DNA of 64,000 bases from Acidobacteriota bacterium (GTDB lineage Bacteria > Acidobacteriota > UBA890 > WLXD01): NCBI GenBank assembly GCA_963666215.2, contig CAXWPL010000004.1, positions 928,001-992,000 of the forward strand, written 5' to 3'. Position numbers and translations under genes: made by a program. This document shows positions 10,240 to 20,690 of the stretch, in pieces (within the stretch, counting starts at the first letter, position 1; every line of letters starts with the position of its first letter). The notes beneath the pieces are model-generated. The model was given only the letters and a program-made list of their open reading frames with translations, searched no databases and was not told where the DNA came from.

Positions 10240-12483
10240 CTAACGACCCGACGTTTCGGCGATGCCGTAGACGTGGTTGATCGTTCGCAGAATCAACACG
10301 CCGTCGGAAATGGCAGGGGTGGCCCAAATCACCTCGCCGACCTCGTTGGAGCTCAGGGGTTGATAGGTCGACCCAGCAGTGGCCACGTGTACGGTGCCGT
10401 CTTCACTCGCGAAGTACAGCTTGCCGTCGGCTGCCACGGGCGAAGCGACGTAGGAACCACCGGTTCCCCCGATGCGCTGGCGGTAGATGATCTCTCCGGT
10501 AGGAGCGTCGTACGCGGTAAGGCGACCGTCGTTGTTGGCGGCGTAGTAGATGCCGCGGTACACCAGCGGCGAGGGAATGTAGATGCCACCGCGGCCCTTG
10601 CTCCAGACGACGTGCTCGTTGGATTCAACGCCCTTCGGTAGCGAGATGTCGCCGACGCCGCCAGGACGGATCACGTAGATGGGTCGAACCGGCGGATAGC
10701 CGGCAGTGACGTACACCAAGCCGTCGGCGATGATCGGCGACGCAACCACAAGCTCGGAGCTCGGCCCCAGCGACCACAGCTCTTCGCCGGTGGCCGGGTT
10801 GTAGCTGCGGATGGTGGTGCCGTTGGTGATGAGCTCGTCGCGAGATCGACCGCGGTAGACCACCGGTGTGGACCAGGTGGGAATCTCGTCGCGCGCCGTA
10901 CGCCAGACCTCCGTGCCGGTTTCCAGATCGTAGGCAGCCAGGAAAGACGTTCCGTCGCCCTGCACGTCGGCCTGCACGATAACGGTGCCGTCGTAGATCA
11001 CCGGCGAGCTCGCATGGCCCCACTGGTAGCCCGGATCGTAGAACCAGCCGGCGTCGAGCACGCCAGTGTCGCGTTCCCACAGAAGCTCGCCGTCGAAGTC
11101 GTAGCACAGCAGCTTGCCGATCGATCCGAAGACGGCAACCACATGTTCCCCGTCGGTAACCGGCGTGGAGTTTGCCTGGCTCGACTTGGGGTGCCGCTTC
11201 ACCTGAGGCTGTCCGCGAAACGCCTCCTTCTCCCACAGGATCTCGCCGCTGCGCTTGTCGAGCGCGTAGACCTTCCAGCTGTGCTCCGAGACGTCGTCCA
11301 CGGGAGCCACGTCGCCGTACAGGCCGATGCGCACGGTATCGTCGCCAGCACTACTGATTGCGGTGGTCAGGAATACGCGATCGCCCCAGACGATTGGACT
11401 CGAATTGGCGAGGCCGGGAAGGGGCGTTTTCCAGAGCACGTTCTGGCCGGTGGCGACGTCCCACTGAGTGGGCGCGCCCTGGCCGTCGCCTACGCCCGTA
11501 CTTCCGTTGCCTCGGAAGCCGGGCCAGTTCGTTGCCTCGGTACGCGGCGCCGCGCGCATCAGGCTCGGGTCCGGGGCGTCGTCGGCACCGTCGTCGGCCT
11601 TCGCCGCGGCCGCGGCGTCGAACGGGACCATCACCAGTGTGCCTTGCGGCCCGCTCACCTCCACCCTTTCCACCAGGCCACCGCGGCCGCCGAACTCCAA
11701 GGTCAGGTCCTCCGACTCGGAACGGAACCGATTCTCGCCGGCGGCTTCGAGCCGCAAGGGAGCCTGTTCGACGAAAGCCACGGTCAACGCAGGCTCATTC
11801 TCGGCCACGGCCACGGCGATCGAGACTTCGGCCTCCTCGTTGCGGTAGCTCCCGACGTAGCCGAGCAGCGCCGAGGCATCGGCCTCATCTTCGGTTGCAT
11901 CGGTTGTATCAGGGGCCGCGGCAACAACATCGCCGGCCTCGATCGCCGTCGTCAGCGCGTCGGTCAGCTCTCCGTGGCCGGCGGTTCGCGCCGCTTGCAG
12001 CGCGCCAGCGGCCGACTCGGCTGACACCAGCCTCGAGTCGAGAGCTGCACGCGCCAGCTGCAGGTTGCCTTGTCGGACGGCGTAGGCGAGCGCTTCATCG
12101 ACACCAGTCGCTCCGGCCTCGATGAGCAACTGGGCGAGGCGCGCGTGGTCGTTCATCAACGTCCACGTGAGCGGCGAGGCGTTGTAGAAGGTGTCTTGTC
12201 GGTTAACGTCGGCGCCGCGCTCCAGCAACAGCCGCACGATATCGGCATGGCCACGATCAGCGGCGAAGAAAAGCGCCGTTGAGCCGTAGCGATTACCGCC
12301 GTTGGGATCGACACCGGCATCGAGCAGCTCGGTCACCCGCGCCAGGTCGCCGGCGCGCGCGGCCTCGCGAAGGGCCTCGCCGAGGTCCTCGGCTTCCTGA
12401 GCTCCCTGAGCTGACGCTCGGTCGAGGCCGACGGGTGCTACAAGTGCGATCAGCGCGATTGACGCGATTCGTACCATCAGCAT
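10240..12483 (-). CDS. Secreted ankyrin-repeat + PQQ-like beta-propeller protein
   Basis: Signal peptide, ankyrin repeats ([28 protein letters not shown]), then [29 protein letters not shown] propeller repeats; start chosen downstream of the speB stop. Confidence 0.88.
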   Translation of the reverse strand: MLMVRIASIALIALVAPVGLDRASAQGAQEAEDLGEALREAARAGDLARVTELLDAGVDPNGGNRYGSTALFFAADRGHADIVRLLLERGADVNRQDTFYNASPLTWTLMNDHARLAQLLIEAGATGVDEALAYAVRQGNLQLARAALDSRLVSAESAAGALQAARTAGHGELTDALTTAIEAGDVVAAAPDTTDATEDEADASALLGYVGSYRNEEAEVSIAVAVAENEPALTVAFVEQAPLRLEAAGENRFRSESEDLTLEFGGRGGLVERVEVSGPQGTLVMVPFDAAAAAKADDGADDAPDPSLMRAAPRTEATNWPGFRGNGSTGVGDGQGAPTQWDVATGQNVLWKTPLPGLANSSPIVWGDRVFLTTAISSAGDDTVRIGLYGDVAPVDDVSEHSWKVYALDKRSGEILWEKEAFRGQPQVKRHPKSSQANSTPVTDGEHVVAVFGSIGKLLCYDFDGELLWERDTGVLDAGWFYDPGYQWGHASSPVIYDGTVIVQADVQGDGTSFLAAYDLETGTEVWRTARDEIPTWSTPVVYRGRSRDELITNGTTIRSYNPATGEELWSLGPSSELVVASPIIADGLVYVTAGYPPVRPIYVIRPGGVGDISLPKGVESNEHVVWSKGRGGIYIPSPLVYRGIYYAANNDGRLTAYDAPTGEIIYRQRIGGTGGSYVASPVAADGKLYFASEDGTVHVATAGSTYQPLSSNEVGEVIWATPAISDGVLILRTINHVYGIAETSGR

Positions 12484-12541
12484 CGCTGGCGCCGCGCTAG
12501 GGAAGCGCCCGCCGTCGGCATCGTTGTTGTTCGTCCATCTT

Positions 12542-13498
12542 CTAGTCACGGTAGTGGACTCCCGGAAGCACGCAGAGCATCTCGAACAGGAAGTTCGCCC
12601 CAATCAGCGCTGTGTTGCCAGTGGTGTCGTACGGCGGTGACACCTCCACGAGGTCTGCGCCGACGATATCGAGCCCGCGGCATCCGCGGATGATCTCGAG
12701 CCCTTGAGGGGTCGTCAGGCCACCAATCTCTGGCGTGCCGGTTCCGGGCGCCAGTCCTGGGTCGAGGCTGTCGATGTCGTAGGTCAGGTACACTGGCCCA
12801 TCGCCAACCTGCTCGCGCACCTCTTCCATCAACGGCGTTAGCGACCGGTGCCAGCACTCCTGGGCCAGAACGACGCGAAAACCGCGCTCCCGGCCCCAGT
12901 CGAAGTCGTCGGCCCCATAGCCGCTGCCGCGAAGGCCAATTTGGACGACCCGCGAGGGTTCGATCAACTGCTCCTCGACCGCGCGGCGGAACGGCGAGCC
13001 GTGGTAGATCTTTTCGCCCAGCAAGCTGTCGGTAACATCGGCGTGAGCGTCGACGTGGATCAGGCCCACGGGGCCGTAGCGCTTCTTCATCGCTCGCAGA
13101 ATCGGCAGCGCGATCGTGTGGTCGCCTCCAAGCGTCAGTGTACGGCAGCCATTGGCAATCAGATCGTCGTAGAAACCCTCGATGATCTCGACGCTGCGTC
13201 CGAGGTTGAACGGCACGATGGGTGCGTCGCCCACATCGGCAACCTGCAGGCTGTCGAACGGAGCCGCGTCGGTCGCCACGTTGAAGGGCCGCAGGAGCGA
13301 CGATTCGGCACGAATCTGGCGCGGCCCGAAGCGTGTACCGGGGCGATTTGACGTTCCGGTGTCGATTGGGACCCCCACAAAACATGCATCGAGGCCGTCG
13401 GCGCCCACCTGCGTGGGCAATCGCAGCATGGTTGACGGTCCGCCGAAACGGACCAATTCGTTTCCACCAAGGGGTTGATTGAGCCGTCGGTCATCCAT
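12542..13498 (-). CDS. speB: Agmatinase / guanidinobutyrase (ureohydrolase family)
   Basis: LGGDH, HVDAHAD, HGSPFRR, TYDIDSLDP..APGTGTPE, DLVEVSP motifs. Confidence 0.9.
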   Translation of the reverse strand: MDDRRLNQPLGGNELVRFGGPSTMLRLPTQVGADGLDACFVGVPIDTGTSNRPGTRFGPRQIRAESSLLRPFNVATDAAPFDSLQVADVGDAPIVPFNLGRSVEIIEGFYDDLIANGCRTLTLGGDHTIALPILRAMKKRYGPVGLIHVDAHADVTDSLLGEKIYHGSPFRRAVEEQLIEPSRVVQIGLRGSGYGADDFDWGRERGFRVVLAQECWHRSLTPLMEEVREQVGDGPVYLTYDIDSLDPGLAPGTGTPEIGGLTTPQGLEIIRGCRGLDIVGADLVEVSPPYDTTGNTALIGANFLFEMLCVLPGVHYRD

Positions 13499-13761
13499 GC
13501 CCGCAGGGTCTCACGAGCAGCCCGGCCAGGCGATCCCGCGGCGCTTGGGAATCCCCGTTCGCATCAGAGTGCGACCAGGGCCTGGGCCGGACGCGATTAG
13601 CTACGTATGGGTTCTATATATACCGGTTTTATACTATATCCAACGATAAATGGCGACGGATTATCTGTGATCAAAGGCGCCGTAGAGGCTTGAACAGCCG
13701 ACATCGGTTAAATAATATTTACTAGTATGTTTTAATATTTGGAACCAATTTTAGATGATCT

Positions 13762-14040
13762 ATGGTGTCGTTTCCGAGCGGCCCGTCCGGTATGACCCGG
13801 TTGACGCTCACAATCGAAGACGCAACACTCAAAAAAGGCTGCTGCGACATCATCACGATGACGCAAGCGCAGGTGAGCGACGGCGTGAGCATGGGGACGT
13901 CGATCACGTTCCCAAGCCCGGGACTTGACATCGCCGACGCACAGTGGCGTCACTTTCTGTTCGATTTCGATATCACAGGAGCGACGATCTCCGGCAAATA
14001 CCAGAAGGCCAAGGTGCGGCTGACGGCGGAGAATCTGTAG
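13762..14040 (+). other. Short ORF, possibly a C-terminal remnant of a beta-rich protein
   Basis: 92-aa ORF with coding-like composition right after an AT-rich patch; no recognised family. Confidence 0.3.
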
Positions 14041-14103
14041 GGGCGGTCGCCCCTCTTGGCGCCGCGGGTGCCACCAGATGAACGATCGCGTTACGCTGGG
14101 TCG

Positions 14104-14976
14104 ATGTCGTTCGATCCGTTTGATGATCCGCTCGCCGGCAAGCTCAGTCGTCGGTCGCTCTTTGCCGCCAGCATGCTCGTAGGCCCGCGCCGCCCGAGTC
14201 CGACGCCGGCGCGTCGAAAGCTGGAGCGTGTAGGGCTGCAGCTGTACACCGTCCGCGACCGCATGGTGGTTGACGTGGGCGCAACGCTCGCCCGCGTGGC
14301 CGAGATTGGCTATCGCGAAGTCGAGTTCGCGGGTTACTTCGATCGCTCAGCGGAAGAGCTCCGCGATCTTCTCGACGGCCTCGGGCTCACGGCCGTGGCC
14401 GCGCACGTGTCACTGGAAGAGATGCGCGACGACGCGGCGGGCCAAATTGCTGCGGCGCGCACCCTCGGCATGCGCTACGTGATTGTTTCGTGGATCGAAG
14501 AGGCCGATCAGCAGACGCTCGCCGACTACGAGGCGATTGCCGACGAGCTCAATCAATTGGGTGAGCGTTGTCGCGAGGCCAGCCTGCGGTTCGGGTACCA
14601 CAACCACGCCTTCGAATTCGAGGTTCCGCCCGGGCAAGCGACGGAGCGTGTGCCGTACGAGGTGCTGCTCGAGCGTACGGATCCCGAGCTGGTGACGATG
14701 GAGCTCGATCTCTTCTGGGTTGTGAAGGGCGACCGCGAGCCGCTCGACCTGTTGGCGCGCCACCCCGGTCGGTTCTCGCTCTGCCACGTGAAAGACATGG
14801 ACGCCGCGGGCGCGATGGTCGATGTCGGCGCTGGCCAGATCGACTTCGCCGAGATTTTCAGAGCAGCCGAGCAGGGCGGGCTCGAGCACTACTTCGTGGA
14901 GCACGACGAACCCGACGACTCGTTTGCCAGTGTTGCGGCGAGCTACGCCTATCTCGACGACCTGGAGATCTCGTAG
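14104..14976 (+). CDS. Sugar phosphate isomerase/epimerase (xylose-isomerase-like TIM barrel), Tat-like N-terminus
   Basis: SRRSLF, GLQLYTVRD, YHNHAFEF, MELDLFW, HVKD, VEHD. Confidence 0.9.
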   Translation: MSFDPFDDPLAGKLSRRSLFAASMLVGPRRPSPTPARRKLERVGLQLYTVRDRMVVDVGATLARVAEIGYREVEFAGYFDRSAEELRDLLDGLGLTAVAAHVSLEEMRDDAAGQIAAARTLGMRYVIVSWIEEADQQTLADYEAIADELNQLGERCREASLRFGYHNHAFEFEVPPGQATERVPYEVLLERTDPELVTMELDLFWVVKGDREPLDLLARHPGRFSLCHVKDMDAAGAMVDVGAGQIDFAEIFRAAEQGGLEHYFVEHDEPDDSFASVAASYAYLDDLEIS

Positions 14977-15079
14977 TCGGCTCGCCGGTGACAGGCGTAC
15001 TTCTTGACGGGTCTCTCAGCCGCGCACTAGGGTGCGTTTGCCCGACGTAGTCGAGCTCGTATCTTCCGCCGAGGATCGC

Positions 15080-16780
15080 ATGGACGTCATTCGCCAACGC
15101 CAGCAGGTCGACGTTTGCATCGTCGGTTCCGGCGCCGGCGGTGGCATGGCCGCAAAGGTCCTGACCGAGGCCGGCGCCGACGTGGTGATGCTCGAGGCCG
15201 GGGTCATGTGGGACCCCGTGGAAGACAGCGCCATGCTTGCCTGGCCGTACGACTCGCCGCGACGCGGGTCGGCGACTCCGGAGCGTCAATTCGGCGAATT
15301 CGACGCCGGGCTCGGCGGTTGGACGCTCGAGGGTGAGCCCTACACAACCGCCGATGACGACGACTTCGACTGGTTCCGCGTGCGTATGCTCGGTGGTCGC
15401 ACCAACCACTGGGGCCGCATCTCGCTGCGCTTCGGTCCCGACGATTTCAAGGCGCGCTCCAACGACGGGCTCGGCGACGATTGGCCGATATCCTACGACG
15501 ACATCTCGCCGTACTACGACGCCGTCGATCAGCTGGTTGGCATCTTCGGCTCGCGCGAAGGGTTGCCGAACGACCCGGACGGCCACTTCATGCCGCCGCC
15601 TCAACCGCGCTGCTGGGAGCAGCTGATCAAGCGCTCGGCCGACGACCTGGGAATCACCTGCATTCCGTCGCGGCTTTCGATTCTTACTCAGCCGCTCGGC
15701 GATCGAGTTGCCTGCCATTATTGCGGCCAGTGCAACCGCGGCTGTGGAACGCATTCGAACTTCTCGACACCGTCCGTGCTGTTGCCGCCGGCGATGGCTA
15801 CCGGGAAGCTGCGCATCATCGCCAACGCCATGGCCCGAGAGGTCACCGTGGACGATCGCGGGATGGCGACCGGCGTTGCCTACATCAACAAGAGCAGCGG
15901 GCGCGAGGAACACATCCGGGCCCGCGTCGTGGTTCTGGCGGCGTCTGCCTGTGAGTCGGCCCGCATGCTGCTCAACTCCAAGTCTGAGCACTTTCCCGAC
16001 GGGTTGGCGAACGGCTCCGGCACCGTTGGCAAGTACCTGACGGATACGACGGGAACCGATGTTGCCGGCTTCATCCCGGGGCTGGTCGATGGTGTGCCGC
16101 ACAACGAGGACGGCGTGGGCGGTGCGCATCTGTACATGCCGTGGTGGGTCGACAACCGCAAGCTCGACTTTCCGCGCGGCTACCACATCGAGATCTGGGG
16201 CGGCCGCGGCATGCCGGGCTACGGCTTCATGGGCGGCATTCATCGCTTCCCCGGCGGCGGCGGCGGCTACGACCGCGATCTCAAGCAGCTCTATCGCGCC
16301 TACTATGGTTCGGTGGTCGGCTTTTCCGGCCGCGGCGAGATGATTCCCAACGAGGACTCGTTCTGCGAGATCGATCCGAACGTTGTCGATAGGTGGGGCA
16401 TCCCCGTGCTGCGGTTTCATTTCAAGTGGACCGACCACGAGACGTTGCAGGTGAAGCACATGCAGGAGACCTTCCGCGAGCTCATCGAGCACATGGGCGG
16501 CACTCCCTTCGGCTCGATGCCCGGTGCCGAGAACGGTTACGGGATTGCTCCGGGCGGCCGGATTATTCACGAGCTCGGCGTCACTCGCATGGGCGACAGC
16601 CCGCGCTCCTCGGTGCTGAACTCGAACTGCCAGGCGCACGAGGTGAAGAACCTGTTCGTTGCTGACGGCGGGCCGTTCGTTTCGCAGGCGAACAAGAACC
16701 CGACATGGACGATCCTGGCGCTGGCCATGCGCACGAGCGAATACATCGCCGAACAGAGCCGGCAAGGAGCTCTCGGGTGA
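15080..16780 (+). CDS. GMC family FAD oxidoreductase (glycoside 3-dehydrogenase-like catalytic subunit)
   Basis: VGSGAGGG FAD motif, LGGRTNHWGR, CHYCGQCNRGC Fe-S motif, IHELGVTRMG, NPTWTILALA. Confidence 0.92.
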   Translation: MDVIRQRQQVDVCIVGSGAGGGMAAKVLTEAGADVVMLEAGVMWDPVEDSAMLAWPYDSPRRGSATPERQFGEFDAGLGGWTLEGEPYTTADDDDFDWFRVRMLGGRTNHWGRISLRFGPDDFKARSNDGLGDDWPISYDDISPYYDAVDQLVGIFGSREGLPNDPDGHFMPPPQPRCWEQLIKRSADDLGITCIPSRLSILTQPLGDRVACHYCGQCNRGCGTHSNFSTPSVLLPPAMATGKLRIIANAMAREVTVDDRGMATGVAYINKSSGREEHIRARVVVLAASACESARMLLNSKSEHFPDGLANGSGTVGKYLTDTTGTDVAGFIPGLVDGVPHNEDGVGGAHLYMPWWVDNRKLDFPRGYHIEIWGGRGMPGYGFMGGIHRFPGGGGGYDRDLKQLYRAYYGSVVGFSGRGEMIPNEDSFCEIDPNVVDRWGIPVLRFHFKWTDHETLQVKHMQETFRELIEHMGGTPFGSMPGAENGYGIAPGGRIIHELGVTRMGDSPRSSVLNSNCQAHEVKNLFVADGGPFVSQANKNPTWTILALAMRTSEYIAEQSRQGALG

Positions 16781-17469
16781 CGGATCTCGATCGGCGAAGG
16801 GTTCTCGGCCTGCTGGCGTCGGCGCCCGCGGCGCTCGCGTGGCGGCCCGCCGATGTGCTGCTGGCCGGCGATCGGTCGAGGGCCGCGAGGCAGGCAGCCG
16901 TTGCGGCGGGTGCGGTCTACGAGCCGCGCTTCTTCACCGCCCACGAGTACCGAACCGTGCGCGTTCTCGTGGACCTCATCCTTCCGGCCGACGAGCGCTC
17001 CGGGTCGGCAACCGATGCCGGCGTCCCGGAGTTCATGGACTTCATGATGACCGACCAGGAGCGGCAACAGGTGCCGATGCGCGGTGGTCTTGCGTGGGTC
17101 GACATCGAATGCCGTGAACGGTACGGCGCCGAGTTCGTGGATTGCGCTAGCGAACAACAACACGAGCTTCTCGGCTTGCTGGCGTGGGGCTACCCCGATG
17201 CATCGGATCAACCTGAAGAGCTGGATCTCGCGCAATCCGACGACTCAGATGACGATGACTCGTCGATTCGGCCGACTCCGCTGCCTCCGGTGAGCTCCCT
17301 CAGTCATGGAATCGCGTTCTTCAACCGCTTCCGCGACCTCACCGCCACCGGCTTCTGGACCACCGAGATGGGCATCACAGACCTGCAGTACGACGGCAAC
17401 CGCTTCACCCGCTGGCGTGGCTGTCCCGACGAGCAGCTCCGGAAGCGGGGTCTCATCGAGGAGGCGTGA
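16777..17469 (+). CDS. Gluconate 2-dehydrogenase subunit 3 family protein (Tat small subunit)
   Basis: LDRRRVL twin-arginine signal, LILPADERSGSATDAGVPEFMDFM, FFNRFRDLTATGFWTTEMG; GTGA overlap with the GMC gene. Confidence 0.88.
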   Translation: MTDLDRRRVLGLLASAPAALAWRPADVLLAGDRSRAARQAAVAAGAVYEPRFFTAHEYRTVRVLVDLILPADERSGSATDAGVPEFMDFMMTDQERQQVPMRGGLAWVDIECRERYGAEFVDCASEQQHELLGLLAWGYPDASDQPEELDLAQSDDSDDDDSSIRPTPLPPVSSLSHGIAFFNRFRDLTATGFWTTEMGITDLQYDGNRFTRWRGCPDEQLRKRGLIEEA

Positions 17470-17526
17470 GCCAGGCAGCTCAGCGGCGAGCTCACCCTCG
17501 TACAGCGAGTCAGCCTGGACACCAAT

Positions 17527-18016
17527 ATGCGACCTCCGACCGTGGTAACGCTGACGATGAACCCCGCGGTCGACAAGTCCGTGCGCGTCGATCGTGTTCG
17601 TTCGGGCGACAGGCTGCGCTGCGACCGCCCGTCGTGGGACCCCGACGGCGGTGGCGTGAATGTGGCGCGTGTAATCCAGCGGCTCGGCGGCCAGGCCATG
17701 GCGCTGTACCCGGCCGGCGGCCCGTTGGGGGAAGTTCTGGGCCAGCTGCTCGACGACGAGGGTGTTGCCCACAGGCGCCTGCCCATCGACGGCTGGACTC
17801 GCGAGAGCTTCACGGTTACCGAGAGGAGCACCGGCCTCCAGTACCGTGTCTCCATGCCGGGGCCGCGGCTTGGAGATCGACGACGCGGTCCGCTACGGCA
17901 TCGCTGCCGGTTCCGCCACCGTGATGTCGCCCGGCACGGAGCTCTGCCGCACCGCGGAGGTCGAATCGCTCCGTCGTCAGAAGAAGGCTACTTCGCTTGC
18001 CCCCGATCACGAATGA
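17527..18016 (+). pseudogene. 1-phosphofructokinase-family (PfkB) hexose kinase with a large internal deletion
   Basis: N-terminus TLTMNPAVD..GGGVNVARV..TRESFTV joined out of frame to C-terminus AVRYGIAAGSATVMSPGTELC; catalytic GAGD region missing. Confidence 0.85.
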
Positions 18017-18184
18017 CACATGACGCGACCGTGATCTCCTGATGATCAGGGTGCGCCTCGGCGTCCAGCGCCGCTGGCGCGCGCAGGTCAGGTCTCGGGG
18101 TAACCTGGCGTCGCCTGACGTCCGTTATTTTGGCGTGCCAGCTCCGGCGCGCGCGCCGAGTCCGCCCACCACCACTCCACCGCC

Positions 18185-19972
18185 ATGACCTTCGAGATCG
18201 CGTTCGTCTTTCTGTTGCTGGTTGCCGTCAGCGTCGTCATGACGGCAGAGTGGTTGTCGGTCGACCTCGTGGCGCTGATGTTGATCTGCGCGCTGGTTCT
18301 GTCGGGGATCTTGACGCCCGAGGAGGCGGTCGCGGGATTCGCCAACGAGTTCATCCTGGTGTTGTGCGCCATATTCGTCCTCTCGGGCGCGCTCGTGAAG
18401 ACCGGGATCATGGAGTGGCTCGGGGGGGCGCTGTATCGGATGGGGGCGCGCAGCGAGCCGGGCGCGATTGCCTCGATCATGGGGCTGTCGTCGGGGATGT
18501 CGGCGTTCCTGAGCAACACCAACTCCACGGCGATCCTGGTTCCGGCGGTGCTCGAGTTCGCCCGCCGCAGCAAGCTCAACCCGAGCCGCCTCCTCATGCC
18601 GCTGGCCTACGCTTCGATGCTCGGCGGGGCGTGCACGCTGATTGGCACGTCGACCAACCTGGCGGCCAACGGGTTGCTGACGCGCGTGGGGCTGCGTCCG
18701 TTCTCGATGTTCGAGTTCCTGCCAGTGGGCCTATCGATGATCGTCGCCGGCACGGCCTACATGACTTTCGCCGGCCGATTGCTGCTGCCGAAGCGGGCGT
18801 CCACCAATTTCGGAGAGGAGTACGAGATCGACAAGTATCTCTCCGAGATCGAGATAGGCGCCGAGTCGGAGCTCGTGGGACAGCGGATCGACGAATCGGA
18901 GCTCGCAAGGCTGGGCGTATCGGTGCGCGCGATCGTGCGCGCTCAAGCGGGAAAAAAGAAGGAGAAGGTCTTGAGCGTGCGCGGCCGCATTCGCATCCAG
19001 GCGGGAGACCTGCTGGTGGTGCAGTCATCACGCAGCGCCCTGCTGCGCGCTGAGGAGCTTCCCAGCGTCACGCTCACCAAAACACCTTCGTGGTCGGCCG
19101 ACGATCTGGTGGGCGATGGCGTACAGCTTGCCGAAGCGGTGTTGATGCCTCACTCGACGCTCGCTGGCGTGACGCTCAAGAAAGCCCGTTTGCGCAGGAG
19201 GTACGACGTGTCGGTGCTCGCCGTGTATCGACGTGGTCATGCCCTTCCGGTGCGAATCGACGACATGGCCCTCGAGACCGGTGATGTGCTGCTGCTGCAG
19301 GGGACCGCCGAGCAGTTGCAGCTCTTCCAGTCGAGCGAGCAGGTCTGGGTGGTGGGCGAGGTGGCGCACCTTCCGTTTCGCAAGCGCAAGGGTTTCATTG
19401 CCCTGGGCGCTGTGGTGGGTGCGGTCGCTCTGAGCAGCCTCGGTCTCTTGCCATTGTCGATCGCGCTGCTGGTCGCCACGCTGGTCGTAGTGCTCGCCAA
19501 GGTGGTTGCTGTGGAGGAGATGTACGCGCTTGTGGAGTGGCCGCTGATCGTCCTCATCGGTGGCATGACGTCGGTTGGCGTCGCGCTCGAGAAAACGGGC
19601 GGCGCAGACCTCATGGCCAATTGGATTGCCAACGCGTTCGAGCCGATGGGAACCTACGCTCTGCTGGGCGCGTTCTCGGTAATCACGATGCTGCTCACCC
19701 AACCAATGTCGAACGCCGCGGCGGCTCTTGTGGTGCTGCCGGTAGCGCTATCGACGGCAACCGTCGTTGGCCTGGAACCGCGGTCGCTCGCGGTTCTCGT
19801 AACGCTGTCTGCGTCGCTGTCGTTCATCGCGCCACTCGAGCCCTCATGCTTGCTGGTTTTCGCGCCAGGCAAGTATCGCTTCCGTGATTTCATCGTCGCT
19901 GGTCTTCCGATGACGGTGATCGCTCTGGTCGTTCTGCTGGTGATTGTCCCTATCGTCTGGCCGTTGGGATAG
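18185..19972 (+). CDS. SLC13 family permease with TrkA-C domains
   Basis: SAFLSNT, LMPLAYASMLGGACTLIGTSTNL, two TrkA-C repeats, TQPMSNAAA, PGKYRFRDF. Confidence 0.92.
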   Translation: MTFEIAFVFLLLVAVSVVMTAEWLSVDLVALMLICALVLSGILTPEEAVAGFANEFILVLCAIFVLSGALVKTGIMEWLGGALYRMGARSEPGAIASIMGLSSGMSAFLSNTNSTAILVPAVLEFARRSKLNPSRLLMPLAYASMLGGACTLIGTSTNLAANGLLTRVGLRPFSMFEFLPVGLSMIVAGTAYMTFAGRLLLPKRASTNFGEEYEIDKYLSEIEIGAESELVGQRIDESELARLGVSVRAIVRAQAGKKKEKVLSVRGRIRIQAGDLLVVQSSRSALLRAEELPSVTLTKTPSWSADDLVGDGVQLAEAVLMPHSTLAGVTLKKARLRRRYDVSVLAVYRRGHALPVRIDDMALETGDVLLLQGTAEQLQLFQSSEQVWVVGEVAHLPFRKRKGFIALGAVVGAVALSSLGLLPLSIALLVATLVVVLAKVVAVEEMYALVEWPLIVLIGGMTSVGVALEKTGGADLMANWIANAFEPMGTYALLGAFSVITMLLTQPMSNAAAALVVLPVALSTATVVGLEPRSLAVLVTLSASLSFIAPLEPSCLLVFAPGKYRFRDFIVAGLPMTVIALVVLLVIVPIVWPLG

Positions 19973-20037
19973 GATCACCCGTCAACCTCGGCTCCCCCGC
20001 CACCCCGTCCGTCAGGTTCGGTCTCAAGGGGCGAACT

Positions 20038-20620
20038 GTGTGGAATGGACTTCGACGGCTGCTGGGCCTGGGGAGCGGCGGTGGCCCGGCGCTCGAAACC
20101 GTCCGCAGCATTCCCGACCGCGATTGGGATGGCCCACTCATCGAGCTCGACGGGCTCTCGAAGGTTTTCATCGTCGGTGACGTGCAAACGCACGCACTCC
20201 GCGACGTTCACCTGAAGATCCAGCGCGGCGAGTTCGTTGGAGTCGACGGCCCTTCCGGCTCGGGCAAGACCACACTGCTGTCCGTCGTCGGGCTGCTCGA
20301 CTCGCCTTCGGCGGGCAGCTACACGCTGAACGGTGTTGATGTAACGAACGTCAACGCCGCGCACCGGGCTTGGCTGCGCAACCGCGAGATCGGCTTTATC
20401 TTTCAGAGCTTCAACTTGATTGGTGATCTCAGCGTGTTCGAAAACGTCGAGCTGCCGCTCACCTACCATGGTATGGCGGCCTCGGAACGTCGAGACCGTG
20501 TTGCGGCGGTGCTCGACAGCGTCGACATGACGGCGCGAACCAAGCAGATGCCCGGGCAGCTGTCCGGTGGTCAGCAGCAGCGCGTCGCCGTTGCGCGAGC
20601 GATTGTGGTGGAGAGCTCCT
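20038..20620 (+). pseudogene. 3'-truncated LolD/MacB-type ABC ATPase
   Basis: Walker A GPSGSGKTT, FQSFNL, signature LSGGQQQRVAVARAIV, then homology stops before Walker B; end approximate. Confidence 0.8.
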
Positions 20621-20690
20621 GCTGGCCGACGACCGCGGCTGATCCCGAGCTGGCGCCTCACACCTGGCCGCAATCGGATCGTCGGCCAGT

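Noticed and set aside
13499-13600. Possible guanidine riboswitch upstream of the ureohydrolase
   Set aside because: No guanidine-I, -II (paired ACGR hairpins) or -III consensus recognisable on the minus strand
14037-14055. GTAG-GGGCGGTCGCCCC REP-like hairpin (and GTAGGGACG near 37518)
   Set aside because: No repeated family within the window and no RAYT transposase
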